A stretch of 64,000 nucleotides of DNA from Squalus acanthias. Taxonomy: Eukaryota. The DNA lies in assembly GCA_030390025.1 (NCBI GenBank), contig CM059432.1, positions 122,328,001 through 122,392,000 on the forward strand, in the 5' to 3' direction. The notes below the pieces were generated by a model. The model had not been told where the DNA came from. It saw only the letters and a list, made by a program, of their open reading frames with translations, and made no database searches. Below, piece after piece: positions 1 to 13,447 of the stretch. The first letter of the stretch is position 1. Each line of letters starts with the position of its first letter. The translations under genes and the position numbers were made by a program.

Positions 1-289
1 GACCATATTTCACAGCTCCTCACCATGTATTTTCTGTATCTAAAATAAAGGGCCAATGAAGTGGTTCTGGCACAGTGGTGGTGGGATGGCATTGCATCGT
101 GTTTGGTTGTACGTGTGCCTTACGGGGCTAACCTCGCCGATAATGCAAAGTCACCCATTAACATAATTATTCATCACATCCAGCACACAGTCCATGAATC
201 TCTGGAAGTGTGAAAGGGCAGGGTGGGATTTCCTGTGACTGCAGCTCTATAAGGACTGCTGGCCATCCTTAAAGTTATACTTCACATTC

Positions 290-480
290 AGCTGCAAAAC
301 AGGCCTTGAAAGCCGTGGTACAGGAGGTCTGGCAGAGAAGGGTGACTCTATGTAGAGGGCATGGCCACCCTTCAGTAAAGACTGCAGCCAGTGTAGCATG
401 GCAGAGTGAATCAATGTAACCTCACCTGTGAGTAAGTGAGGAAGACATTTTGTGGCCTATGCATGGTTGCTAAGGTAAGT
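290..480 (+). pseudogene. Degenerate Harbinger Myb/SANT exon-1 remnant
   Basis: Reads ALKAVVQEVWQRRVTL..., resembling [17 protein letters not shown] in the intact Myb gene at 58736. Ends in AAG|GTAAGT, like the other Myb exon-1 donors. Confidence 0.45.
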
Positions 481-984
481 ATGCAAACATGCGGCAACAT
501 CTTAATAGGTCCTTCATTGCTGCTCACTACTAGCTTAGTATGCTAGCGCAGAGGGAGAACGCAGAAAGCCTTGCCTACTGCTGATGTCCCCAAATGGATA
601 GGCATGTCCCTTTGCTTCCATTTCACTGTGTGGTGTTGCCCTGTAACAATACTGTCCATATTGGCCATCCAGTGAATCAATATCAAGCACCAAGTACTAT
701 GCCAACACAAAAGGGGTGACTTTAACCTAACCCAACTGGCGGGAAACTGATGGCTATGGATCAGTCGCCTGTTTTACCCCCCACTCAGTTTTACTTTCCA
801 TTGACTTCACTTGCAGGGTCATCTTCGGATGCAGCTGAAGGAGAGATGGCCACCCCCCATCCCGAGAGGCAAGCTCTGACTCCCATGCATCCACCCACCT
901 CCCTTCTTCCTCCCACTGGGAGAATACTTATAATTAGCACAAGGCTAGTAAGTGAGGCGAGAGTGACTGCCCTTGACATCAAGG

Positions 985-2491
985 AAGTGGGTTCGACCTC
1001 TGTAAAAGCAGTTTTGGATATTGCAGTTAATTACACTGTCTGGGGAACCGGGATGATCTCACTCAAGCCCCAGCAGACATTAACATTTTAACAATAAACC
1101 CAGGGAAAGAGCAGTCCCACCCAAAATACAGGCCCCATCAAAACCGATTACAGGCCCCATCAGAAATATGCATAATAAAACCCATTCAGACCCATTCTAT
1201 AGAAAGACCAAGTCCAGCCTAGTAAACCAAACATGAAATCAATCACCAGTGATCAACTGAGGAGATCGACAGGATGCAAGCCATCCCAAAAGCCATTTGA
1301 CACTTACAGAACAGTTACTGGTAACTAGCCCGCCAAAACCAGACAATGAACTGAGCAGATTTAGCGTGCAGATAAGGCTATGTTCAATGGGTGAGATTGA
1401 AGGCCTGTTCAAAACCAGTTAACACACTAGTAAAGTCGTTACTGTTAACGAGCCCGCCAAAACCAGACAATGAACTGAGCAGATTTGGCGGGCAGATAAG
1501 GCCACTTCAATTTGGTATAATTGAAGGCCTGTTAAGTGGTTCAAAAGGTCGAGACAAGCGGGTCATCAGCATTACACACACAGTCGAGTGTGGAGACAAG
1601 GAGCAACATCACAGACCCAAGTCGAGCTGGAAGCGAGTCGGCATCGCTCACCACTCAGACACACCTGAGTCCAGCTCGTGAAGATACCACCTCGACGGAC
1701 TTCCAACAACGGTCCCAACACAGTCACCCGGAGCAACAAGCCAAAAAACCACCGACGGCTCCATGAGGTCGACCGACACACTAGACAAGGCCTAAAACCA
1801 TCGCGGAAACCAAAGGCCTCACGAAACCAACAACCGCATATTACCCCCAACTGACCGGGTAATAGCACGCCACCGCGACCAACAAAGATCAACTCAAGGG
1901 AAGAAAACCCGAAGAACCGCAAAGTTTCCACTCTACAATCTACTCCTGACTTACCCCTGGGTTAGATTTTTTCCCAAAGACTCTAAACCCTATTGCTAAC
2001 CAAAAGAAATTGGGTACTCACCAGATAAATCCAAACCGACATCCTACCGCATCAGCGGACTCGCGAAGACTGACCAGATACGCAGGTGAAGTCCTCTACC
2101 GCGTACGGGGTACGGCAGACACTAACCGCCATAAACAACGAACCCCAAAACCGCGATTTAGCCCAACTGGCAAAGGATTGGTGAGCATTATCCCTGGTCC
2201 TTCAAAGCCTAACTTAGCTAGTAAAGTGGGGTTGGGAGGGGTGAAGTATTCTTCTAATGTTATTTCCCTCGCTTGTACCGAAGTGTTCCCCACTTTTAGA
2301 GTGATAAGAGTGTTTGTGTTGTGTTTTACTTTCTTGAATAAAGATCAAAGTTCTTGCATCAAAACCAGTTGTCTGCTGCACTTTTTATCACAACCCCCAA
2401 ATAAGTCCAAGGTCTAGAACCAAGGGAGTGGGAGTGATTCAAACCGCTCAGAAGTCAGAGATGAAGCTGACACAAACCACCACCCCCTACA
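985..2491 (+). mobile_element. 5'-truncated long solo LTR (same family as 22586-23963)
   Basis: Ends ...CCACCCCCTACA. TATAA at 1516-1520, AATAAA at 2337-2342. Collinear similarity to the reverse complement of 22586-23963, including an identical CCTACCGCATCAGCGGACTC. A ~125-bp internal duplication (about 1314-1410 vs 1438-1535). Preceded by a short LINE RT fragment at about 950-985. Confidence 0.75.
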
Positions 2492-2978
2492 TAGTTTAGG
2501 CCAATAACATAAACTGAATCTGCGTCCCTCTCAATTCCTGATTCAGGAGTGTATGCTTTTCCCAGTTTCCATTGGCAAGATTGGTGAAAACCTCCTTTCC
2601 TTTGACATACGATCCTTCTAAAGTGAACACAATCTCCTATTATTAAAATCCCAGATGTTATCATTTCTCTGCAACCTTTCTTGACTTTTACCACTAACCA
2701 GTGTCAACTTTATCAAAAGTACTAATTTACTTTGATGCTTTTTGCACGTAGCTCATCCTTTTATGTCACAGGAGCAAGAGGTCTGCAATGTAGAACTTTG
2801 GCAAGTACCACAGTGACTAGGGATGAGTGACTGGATAAAATCTGAATTTTATTTGGATACTTCAGAGGGCTTAAACCTAATCCATCCAAGTTGACTCGAG
2901 AACCTGAATTTTAAGACCACAATTCTCAAGATCAATAGATTTTACTCTTGTTCCTTATCATTGATGAAAGCATTCTAT

Positions 2979-3653
2979 GGGGGAAAAGTTGGGTGGTGCA
3001 TCTTTTGGGGCGCTAACGTCGCCGGGACGTTAATTTTAGTGCCCTGTAAAAGTTAGCACCCCTCCGCCGGAAATTCATTAGTAGCGCCCCAAGCAGGAGG
3101 TGAGGCGCTACTGGAAGCACTCCACCATCTTCTTGGGGCGCTACAACTGAAGATCGCGGCGCTACGTGCAATAGCGCCACATGCGTCGGCACATAGCGCC
3201 ATGTCATTGCAGGCCTCTTCCCCTGATTAAAGGGGAGGGGCCTAGTGCCGCGTGCACCGGGGCCCTGCTAGATCACCGGGAAGCGGGGTGCCGTGAAAAT
3301 GGTGCCGGGCTGAGCGATTGCGGCCAGCACCCTGAGAAAAAAAGGGGAAGGGGGCAGGTGCTGGCAGTCGGCCAAAAAAATATGGCCGGCCGACACCTGC
3401 CCCTTTTACTACCACCACCGCCGCTGCAAAAGCGCCCCCTGACCCTGTCGGACATATCGTCCGGCGATAGGTCAGGGGGCGCAAGCGAACTTTGCGGCCG
3501 GGGCACAAGCGGAGCACTGCGCATGGCAATGACGTCGCTGAATTTCACGGGAGGCGTTAGCGGCACCGCACCCGGGCACTAGGAGATTTGCGCCACGTTA
3601 GCGCCCCCCAGGGGGCGCTAACAAGAGGCGCAAATCAACCCAATTTTTCCCCC
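2979..3653. mobile_element. Non-autonomous PIF/Harbinger MITE (family A)
   Basis: TIRs GGGGGAAAAGTTGGGT / ACCCAATTTTTCCCCC, 3-bp TSD TAT on both sides, many TAGCGCC/GGCGCTA motifs. Second copy at 7619-8259. Confidence 0.85.
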
Positions 3654-5201
3654 TATATGTTTTTAGACCAATTCTACTTTTGTCAAAGAGCATGGGTAAG
3701 AAGATGTATCATTTGGACTCCTGAAACATCCACTCATAATGCAGGTCCACCAATGCTAAGGATCTTGATGGACATCTACTCATGAGACTGCATAATCGCT
3801 CTCCATTGGAATGCATGCATGGATCAGGAGGCTGCCAAACATCAATAAAATACAAAGGTACATTTTATTATTGTTACTGTGGATTCAGACATTGATGGCA
3901 GCTATTCTTTGAACAACCACCATGACACAGAAATAGATAAAATGGTGGCACAGATGGATATGTTGAATTGGCACTACCATTTTGAAAGGTATGTGAACAG
4001 CCAAACTGAACTGGTCTGAACCGAGTCCAATGTAGCTCTGCAATGAATTGAAGAAAATATTATTTTTTTCTCTCTGACTTACTTGCTTACTTAGATGTGT
4101 CCTTTATAATTCTTTTCATTTTCTCAGAACATCTATGTTAAAATAATTGCAATTTAAAGGCTTTTCCACAGCGCCCAGTATTTGCCATTTGATCAAACAG
4201 AGCAATAATGACATCTGCGCTCTGTGTAATGAAATCATGAACCCACATATAGAGAACGTGTTTACAATACCACTGCACATGATGCACAGAGGAAATATTT
4301 CCACTTGGACTGTGTGTCTTCTTGCTACAACTGCTGTCAGTGTGTTTAGTTTTGAATTAAATGGATCACAAGGCATCTTTTTTATTTTAACCAACTCTGA
4401 TGAATTAGTAGAGAATTATCTTCCCCTTTAATTAGACCAATTTGGGTCCCTTTGACTTCTGCATACTGCCTTGTAACTCACCCCTAATCATCATGAATCC
4501 AAAAGATTCATAGCTTACCCAGCTAACTCTCAGTTATCATGGGGAATGCAATAAAACTCCCTTGACAAGAAATACTAAAAATGTAAGCTTGTTTCTCCAG
4601 TTAGTTCTTTTCTATATTGATGGAAATGAATATAAAAAAATAAGAAATAAATTGCCGTCTGATTCATGTATCTAAGTGCCTCGTTTATTTTTCGTGCATA
4701 AAAATAGCGCACACAGGAACATAATACGAGCACGCTAACTATTCGGATGTGAACATCAGCAATCACAATTCCTGCCTTTCTCAGTTTAAGCAGTGACACA
4801 GTTATCAAAAGACTGTAGTTTTGACTCTGTGTAATTACCAGCCAGCTGCCCATTCCTGTCCCTGCTGTTTCACTTAGTCTGCTGCACAAAATAAGCCATC
4901 CAATCAATGTCAGCCGACATGAGACAAATGTAACATTTTTATCCATGGAAACAAGAAACAAGGCAGGTCGCAGTAATCATGGACATTGTGGCCAGAGATC
5001 AAGAAATGACACAAGAGGGTAAATTACCTATTTCTGCGCTCCCTGTGTGAGCCTCGCCCACCAAGGGCGCAAAATCAGACTATTGTGTGGCACTCTGTTC
5101 ATGGTGGATGGAAAATCAAAAGCTTCGCCTGCGTGATTTTCCGATATGCACTTCTACTGGGTGAGGAAAATTTACACTCAGAAGCCACGTGTCAATGAAA
5201 C

Positions 5202-5620
5202 GGTACAATAGTGTAGTGGTTATGTTATTAGACTAATAATCCAGAGGGTGAGTTCAAATCCCACCGTGGCAATTTAAGTTCAGTTTAAAAAATCTGGACA
5301 TGAAAAAGTTGGTATCGGTAAAAGTGACCATGAAGCTGTCGGGTTGTCATAAAAACCCAAATGGTTCACTAATGTCCTTTAGGGGAGAATGTCTACCGTC
5401 CTTACCTGACCTGGCTTATATGTGACTCCAGTCCCACACCAATGTGGTTAACTGCTCTCTGAAGTGGCCCAGCAAGCCACTCAGTTATGGCACACCGCTA
5501 ACAGCACGGACTGCAGAGGTTCTCGAAGAAGGCCCACCACCACCTTCTCGAGGCAACTGGGGACGGGCAATAAATGCCGGCCTTGCTAGCGACGCACGGG
5601 TCACGAGAATGGATAAAAAC
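5202..5620 (+). mobile_element. tRNA-headed SINE: 5' leader plus 3' tail of the tRNA-headed LINE
   Basis: Box A-like TAGTGTAGTGG and box B GTTCAAATC. Body matches LINE 18381-18720 and is joined directly to the LINE 3' end (CACGGACTGCAG...GGGCAATAAATGC). Confidence 0.85.
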
Positions 5621-6099
5621 AAGAGATAGAACTTTATACACTGGTCATAGAAAAGGAAAAGCATCCTTCCTCGGGGGAAAAAAACACCACACAACCAAGC
5701 TGCGCTGCTGGTGGGAGTGCTGAATTCTGCAATCACTTTTGATGGATATAGATGTCAAAGACTCTCCCCAAAAAGAAGGATCTGTGAAAGTACCAACAGG
5801 ACATGGTGTCCAAACAGGTGACACTACCGGTAAGCATTGCAAGGGCACGATAGCAGTGATTTTCTGGCAACAAGGAACTTTACCCACCAGTAATGATATC
5901 AGATAACATGCTGCCAATATATGGATCAGAAAGGTGACTGAAGCTTTGGTCAGCACAGTCAGCAGCACTTTCCCACTGAATACCACCACACACGTACCTA
6001 AGGCCATCATATTGTTGCACTTCCCAAAGTACGGTGGGCTGCCGCTGATGGCTGCTATGCATTCAACCTGAAGGTCTTGGAAGATTCCACACACAACAG

Positions 6100-6114
6100 C
6101 CACTAGATGGAGTA
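6100..6114 (+). promoter_or_regulatory. Candidate CTCF site
   Basis: CCACTAGATGGAGTA matches the CTCF core CCACYAGRKGG. Motif match only. Confidence 0.4.
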
Positions 6115-6137
6115 ATTGTGCCTAATTTTGACATTGA

Positions 6138-6340
6138 GGGCTGGAAATTACAGTTGTTGATATTAGTGGACAAGTGCTTAATATACTCAAATGACATTCC
6201 CCTGTCTGCTATTCTAGAAGAGGTGCAAATCCATTTGTTTAAAATGGATTTACACCACTTCTAAAATAGCAGAACAAGGAATGTTATATGAATGTGTTAA
6301 GTGTTTGCTCACTGAAATCTCCAATGCTCAATGCCAGGAT
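6138..6340. repeat. Palindromic (fold-back) MITE-like element
   Basis: Long imperfect inverted repeat centred near 6235 (CTGCTATTCTAGAAGAGGTGCAAATCCATTT / AAATGGATTTACACCACTTCTAAAATAGCAG). Related copy at about 11190-11385. Confidence 0.65.
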
Positions 6341-7618
6341 TTATACTTTTAAAATTACAGCTTAAAATTGGATCTCTAGGCAATATATAAGGAATTTACA
6401 CAAGTTCGCTGAGCAGATAAAAGTGCTTATTTTTCATGATGCCTGCTTTATTCATGAATTACTGCGCCTGACATTACTCGACTCATTTTCCTTTAATCAT
6501 CGATCTTGTATGTTTTCTATATGTGTTTCCTCTGCTACTTTTTGGCAATTATTCATTTAGGCCCTTAAACCAGCACAGCATGATTCACCTATTGGTTGAA
6601 AATTGGATTACATATGACAAGGGTTTATACAGGAAGTAATCATCCTCAATAATATTTAATTACTTCCAAATTCTTAACAGAGGAATTATGTCATGTCAGC
6701 CCAACAGCCATAAATAGGCAATTAGACTGTTCTTCCCGCAGGACTAAGAATCACTAGAGAAAATCTCAAAGGTGACAAAATAAAGAGAGGTGTGAATCAA
6801 TACAGTAAAACGGCTGTTTCACAACATTCAGTTTAATTCCCCTTTGAATAAGCCAGAGTTCCAGAATTTGACATATTTAATCATGTAACATGTGTGCTTC
6901 ATCCAAAAATAGCTTTTGCTGTTGATGCTGTTTTAAAATGCCCTCGTGAAGACTGTGTGCATAGAAATGGAAAAAATGAAACAAGTCACAAAAAATGTGT
7001 CTCGTACTCCCCATGCTATTATTAAGGGCCATTGCTATCAGACATCCTGGGTTCAATTCCTGATGTAAACAAGTCACTTGCTCTTCAGTCTCTAGCACGC
7101 AGATAGCCTGCTCTGGTCTTTTGAGGAACATTATTCTGGAAGAGTTTAAACAGCAGAATCAGCACCTAGAAGCTTCCAAATGAGCAGTGTGTTGTTTTAA
7201 GTTAGCAAAAAATGGCAGTGGTTCAAAGATGAGCATTAAATGGTGAGTTATGGAGAGATTTTCAGGAAACTAGACGTGCTGTCAGCATTAGCAGTATATC
7301 ACATGCCCTGAGCACAGTGTTTGCAGGACTGTGGAATACTTGGGGCACTTGCCTATTTTGTTCTCTCTGCATCCAAATATCCTCTCCCCTAATTTCAAAG
7401 TGCTTGATGTTGACACTGATCTACCAAAGTTGAAGTGTTCTGTGCTACCTCAACATTCTGCATTCTTACTCAAAGTAAACAAGGCCTGTACCTCCTATGC
7501 TCTGAAACACATACTCCTTGTGCAGGATTAACAAGTACCATTCTCTCAAGTTAGACACTCGAAAGATGTACAGGATTCCCATCACACTCTCCTGATTGCG
7601 ATATGGCCAACAGACTTG

Positions 7619-8259
7619 GAGGGAAAAATTGGGTGGTGCCCCTTTTGAGGCGCTAACTTCACCAGGGCGCTAACTTCACCGCGCCCCGAAAAAGTTAGCG
7701 CCCCTCCACCGGAAATTCAGTAGTAGCGCCCCAAGCAGGAGGTGGAGCGCTACTGGAAGATCGCGGCATGTAGCACTGCGTCATTGCAGGCCTCCTCCCT
7801 TGATTAAAGGGGAGGGGCCTAGCGCCGCGCGCACCGGGGCCCTGCCAGACCACCAGGGAGCAGGGTGTCATGAAAACAGCTGGCACTCAGGAGGAGTGCC
7901 GGCCTGTGCTTTTGCGTCCGGCACCCCAAAATAAAAAGGGAAAGGGGGCAGATGCTGGTAGCCAGCCAAAGTAAAAATGGCCGCCCAACACCTCCCCCTT
8001 TAAATACCGCCGCCGCTGCTGCAAAAATGCCCCCTGATCCTGTCGGACATATTGTCCGGCGATAGGTCAGGGGGCGGAAGGGAAGTTTGTGGCTGGGGTG
8101 CAAGCGAGGCGCTGTGCACGGCGATGATGTCATCACCAGCGGCACAGCATCACGGGACGCTACCGCCGCCACTAACCTCCCGCTGAATTTCACAGGAGGT
8201 GTTAGTGGCGCCGTGCCCGGGCACTAGAGATAGACGCAAATCAACCCAATTTTTCCCCC
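7619..8259. mobile_element. Harbinger MITE family A, second copy
   Basis: Collinear with 2979-3653. TIRs GAGGGAAAAATTGGGT / ACCCAATTTTTCCCCC; TSD TTG/ATG (one mismatch). Confidence 0.8.
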
Positions 8260-8442
8260 ATGGTGTATTTATCCAAACCAGAGAAATCCCTGAATACTGA
8301 ACTGTGAATCAAGCCAGATCAAAGACACAATGGCCACGGACACTTCTTTATCCAGGAATTGCCAAAGTTGACACTGTATACACTTGGCTAATGTTTGAAA
8401 AGTTTATATTCAATAGGACAGCCATTAAACATAACAACAAAA

Positions 8443-9318
8443 TCTTCCTTCGATCATAAGATCAGAAGTGGGGCTGTTCGCTGATGATTGCACAGTATTC
8501 AGCTCCATTCGTAATTCTTCAGATAATGAAGCAGTCTATGCCCGCATGCATCAAGAACAGGACAACACCCAAGTACCAGGTAGTGACCATCTCCATCAAG
8601 AGAAAGTTTAACCAGCTCCCTTTGACATTCATTGGCATTACCATCATTGAATCCCCCACCATCAACATCTTGGGGGTCACCACTGACCAGCAACTCAACT
8701 AGACCAGCCACATAAATGCTGTGGTTTCTAGAGCAGGTCAGAGGCTGGGTATCCTGTATTTCCTGACTCCCCAAAGCCTCTCCATTACCTGCAAGGCACA
8801 AGTCAGTAGTGTGATGAAATACTCTCCATTTGCCTGGATGAGTGCAGCTCCAACAACTCAAAAAGCGCAACACCATCCAGAACAAAGCAATCCCCTTGAT
8901 CGGAAGCCCATACACCACCTTAAGCATCCACTCACTCCACCACTGGCGTACCGTGGCTGCACCCACAGGATGAACTGCAGCAACTCGCCAAGGCTTCTAC
9001 GACAGCATCTCCCAAACCCGCGACCTCTACCACCTAGAAGGACAAGGGCAGCAGGCGCATGGGAACACCACCACCTCCAAGTTCCCCTTCAAGTCACATA
9101 CCATCCTGACTTGGAAGTATATCGCCATTCCTTCATCGTCTCTGGGTCAAAATCCTGGAATTCCCTCCCTAACAGCACTGTGGGAGTACCTTCACCACAC
9201 GGACTGCAGCGGTTCAAGAAGTAGGCTGACCACCACCTTCTCAAGGACAACTAGGGATGGGCAATAAATGCTGGACTTGCCAGTGACGCCCAGATCCCAA
9301 AAATGAATATTTAAAAAT
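8443..9318 (+). mobile_element. 5'-truncated copy of the tRNA-headed LINE (RT C-terminus and tail)
   Basis: GLFADDC, INILGVTTDQ, SKSWNSLPNSTVGVPSPHGLQRFKK, and the tail GGGATGGGCAATAAATGCTGG. Confidence 0.9.
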
Positions 9319-11189
9319 ATCTGTAACCCCTTCCAGAAAGCAGTTAACAGAAAACCGCTTAGATTTAACATAACATTTAGGGCCTCCCTAAAATTTCATA
9401 TGCAAAGATATAATGGTTAGTTTTATGAATTCTTACTCCCAATTCATGGTGGTCAGCAGACTCCTTGGATTTCTGGTGAGAAATCCTGCAGGACTCACTG
9501 ACCTCTGCACCTGAATTCTCTATATAGACTTCCAGCACAGAAAAGGGCAGCTTTTTAAACTAAATACAGGGTTTAAATGTCAGTTCTAATGCCAGCTGGG
9601 GATTTATCCTTCCCATGCCAAAAACAGCTTAACCACATGGAGTGGAAGTTGTGACATGAAAGTATTAAACAACGGAATAGGTAATATTTTCAGATTTCAC
9701 AGTGAAACACAACGTTCATGTTTTGCAGATTGTTCTCATCATTAAGAGTCCGTTCTTTGCATTAGCATACTGCCTGCACCTGGGCCAATGTAACAGGTCA
9801 ATGTAACAGGTTCCAATGCAATCAGGTCAGGTCAATGTGCACACAAGGATCAGCGGTCCTACTTCCCCTCCAGTGGGACTGCATTATCAGCCTCATAATC
9901 AGCATGGCATTGACTCATTATTCATTTGAGTACGTTGTTGCTATCATTTTTTTGGAATTGTTGACGAATTTTCCACAGAAAATAATTACATTTAAAGGTT
10001 GAGTCTTTAAAGCAAAGTGTATTTGCAATTTTTTTTTTAAAAAGGCACTAAGCTGAAAAGTAGTTCAAATGCCGATTGCTAGGTCTTGAAGTTATTTGGT
10101 CTCAGGTACTCAACAAGGTTATCTGGCATAGGCCTTCCCCTCTCTTTTGTGAACACAGTGAGGTAACAGGATCAGGATCACAAGCTGATGGCCTGGTTTT
10201 GAAGCAAAACAATACTAGGGCAAGCTTTTACCCAGACTCAGAAGGTTAGGATACAAAAGAGTGGTTAGAAGTTATTTTGTTTCGGTCAAGCAAGACAACT
10301 CACTGATGTGGGGAAGTGTAGCACATTCATTAGTTTGTACTAATACACAAAGACAAGTTGTATTGAGTGAATTATGTGAACCTGGTCATAGCTGTTGCTC
10401 TGTATGTTTACTTGCTGTCTGCAAAATAAAGCACTTAAAATTCATATCAGGCCTTGCCTTAGTAAGTGTTTTCTTGGTCTATCATCAAAAACATTGGAGA
10501 GGCAAATGAGAGCATGTACAAAAGATATCCCTGTTTAAGGGGGCCAATCGAAAAATGTTTTAGTAAAAAAAAATGCCACCTTTCTTCAGGGGTCCATGTT
10601 GTTTGATTGGCCTGCAACCAACCTTCACCCATCTAGAAGCTGGTATGCCTCAATTCACCCAGTGTACCAGCCTCCAGATATATTCTGGATGCCAACTGAG
10701 CCAGTCCAGTTGGGAACTCCCAATGTAGGGAGGCTCCATGCCCCCTGATCACATTTGCTTTGTAAGGGACAGGTCCAGCCCTTAAAGGGAATGTCAGAAC
10801 ATCCTGGAAATGATGGAGGCCTGGCACTACCAGATCTCTGCCATTTCCTGGGGCAGGGGTTTCACCAGCCCAGGGATGGGTGGAATCCCTGTGGATTTTC
10901 AGGCCCATCGTATCTAGTTCAGATCACAAGGGGATCCCATTGTTACAACCCTGGGTTGCACTATCATATAGACAAATATTAGGCAGTACAAGCACATCCC
11001 TAAGATGCATGTATCACTTATGGAATGACTGCTGTACCCAGGAGAATATCAAAGGCAAGATTTATTACAAATACATATTTTGCAACAGTTTCTGAGTACT
11101 TCTCTGAAGGGCATTTGCTTAAAAACGTTTATGCTGAGTCCTGCATTGATTAAAAGAAGATAGAGAGGAGAGAACGTAATCTAAAGCAC

Positions 11190-11385
11190 AGAAATTACTG
11201 TTGGTGATATTAGTGGCTGACTGCTAAGCACATTTGTATGACACCCTTCTGTCTGCTATTGTAGCAGAGGTGCTAACACATTTGTTTTAACTCGGTTAAT
11301 GTCTCCAATAAAATAACAGAAAGTAATGTCGTACAAATGTGTTCATATTTTGCTCACTAATATTGCCAACATTCATTTCTAGAAT
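11190..11385. repeat. Palindromic MITE-like element, second copy
   Basis: Similar to 6138-6340 (GAAATTAC..GTTGGTGATATTAGTG ... CACTAATATTGCCAAC). Confidence 0.6.
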
Positions 11386-11739
11386 TAAATGATTAAATTT
11401 ACAGAAGAAAAAGCAGTGCTGGAGAAATGATTTGTGTTGACCTAGGAGAAGAAAAAAGTAAACACTCTCAGTTCACCAGAGGTAATCAAACAAGACTCTA
11501 GACTATCTAAGTCTCTTCACATCTCTATTATTCAATCCTGACAGCATACTAGGGCCCCAGTCAGCGTGCCAGCGTTTTATGACAAAAATCAACAGAGACC
11601 AGATCCATGTCCCTCAGTCCTGCTCCTACTCAAGTCTGGACCTCTCCCCTCTCAACACTACTGCCAAGGAGAATGGCAGCGATTGTAGCCTCTTTATGTG
11701 TACCAGAGGTCCAGGCTGCAATCACTGCCATTGACATTC

Positions 11740-12177
11740 GGAGTACGGTAGCATAGTGGTTATGTTACTGGATTAGTAATCCTGAGGCCTAGATTAATGA
11801 TCCAGAGACATGATCCAGAGACCACGGCAGCTGGGGAATTTAAATTCAATTTATTAAATTTAAATAAATCTGGAATAAAAAGCTAGTATCAGTAATGGTG
11901 ACCATGAAACTATTGGATTGTTGTAAAAACCCATCTGGTTCACTGATGTCCTTTAAGGAAGGAAATCTGGTGTCCTTACCCGGTCTGGCCTATATGTGAC
12001 TCCAGACCCACAGCAATGTGGTTGACTCTTAACTGCCCTCTGAAGTGGCCTAGCAAGCCACTCAGTTGTACCAACCGCTAAAAAGAAGTACTGTAGTGGT
12101 TCAAGAAGGCAGTTCACCACCGCCTTCTCAAGGGCAATTAGGGATGGGCAATAAATGCTGGCCTTGAACGAATAAAA
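11740..12177 (+). mobile_element. tRNA-headed SINE: bipartite derivative of the LINE
   Basis: GGAGTACGGTAGCATAGTGG head. Body closely matches the LINE leader, followed by the LINE 3' end GTTCAAGAAGGCAG...GGGCAATAAATGCTGG. Box B is lost in this copy. Confidence 0.85.
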
Positions 12178-12254
12178 GTTGAAGGGAACTGGAAGAGTTG
12201 AAGAAGGAAGGAGTGCCTCTGTGAAAGAATATGGAGCTGGATGGGATACAGTGA

Positions 12255-12720
12255 AGGAGAAATTGGACCTCGTTGCGCCCGTTTTTTTGGATGAAAAATT
12301 AGCATTGGCCAGACGGATTTCGGGTCACCATGTCTCACTCCCGATTTCCCTCGGAAGTGAAATGATTCCCAAATTGAAAGCCAGTGACTTCTAAATGTGC
12401 AGGGCGCACACCTAAAACAGGTGTTAGGTGCCTTGCATATACAAATTGGCATCCTAGTGCTGTTTTTAGGACCCCGATGGGGTCCTGCGGAGACATAAAG
12501 GAGACATCAAACAGGCACTCGGCCCCCTTATTTGCATGTACAAAGGGCCTAATGCCTGTTTCAGGCACGGGCTCTGGACGCCTCTTTACATGTTTATTCC
12601 AGTATGGGAAGCAGCCCACTTCTGGCTCAGAATGTGTGCATGCACGCCACCCACTATGTCGGGCACTTAGCCACCCTATTTTACACCTAATGAGAGCGGC
12701 ATCATCGAATCTCTAGGCCA
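12255..12720. mobile_element. Probable Harbinger-type MITE remnant
   Basis: Ends GAAATTGG... / ...ATCGAATCTCTAGGCC, similar to the termini of 14190-14855. Confidence 0.45.
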
Positions 12721-13192
12721 TCAACTCCCGAAAAATGTGCTCACTCACTTTTGCTCTTTCACAGCGGGAAGTGGGTGCAGTGGCTCCTGAGGAATTCCTG
12801 ATGCACTCCACCCTGGAGCTAATGTAACTCAAGTTAAGGTCTGGGCCAAGGTGTTTAAAACCCTCAACTGCAGCCAAAATCTTGTACCAAGCTTAACTCA
12901 ATGTAAAATGTTTCAAGTTTCATTCAGTTGTCTGCAAAGTTTGAGGGTGAGCCGAGGTACTCTTGAATTGGCACAGACGATGCCATTTGTCTCGAGATAT
13001 TTAAGGAGCTGTAGCTTATCAAATCTTTGAAGCAGTTTAGAATTCTCAAGAGAACCGTTCACAGCTCCTGCAATGATAACAAATTAAATAAAAAGAACAC
13101 TCCCTATATAAAAACATTCCACAAAAGAATAACTCAGCATTACAAGTGCAACCTCCTATTGCTTTCCCTTTTGAGAAGTTAAATGGAAGGAT

Positions 13193-13447
13193 TTACTCAG
13201 AGGAGTGGTTAGAATGTGGAACTCGCTACCACAGGGAGTAGTTGAGGTGAATAGCATAGATGCATTTAAGGGGAAGCGAGATAAACACGTGAGGGAGAAA
13301 GGAATAGAAGGGAATGTTGATGGGGTGAGATGAAGTAAATAGAGTAGGAGGAGGCTCGTGTGGAACATAGACACCAGCATAAACCTGTTGGGCCGACTGG
13401 CCTGTTTCTGTGCTGTAAATTCTATGTAATTCTATGATTTCTATGAT
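13193..13447 (+). mobile_element. CR1 LINE 3' end
   Basis: VVRMWNSLPQGVVEVNSIDAFKG, then the CR1 tail hairpin and ATTCTATG repeats. Confidence 0.85.

Noticed and set aside
5645..6103. 152-aa minus-strand ORF
   Set aside because: No recognisable motif, non-ATG start, no splice support.
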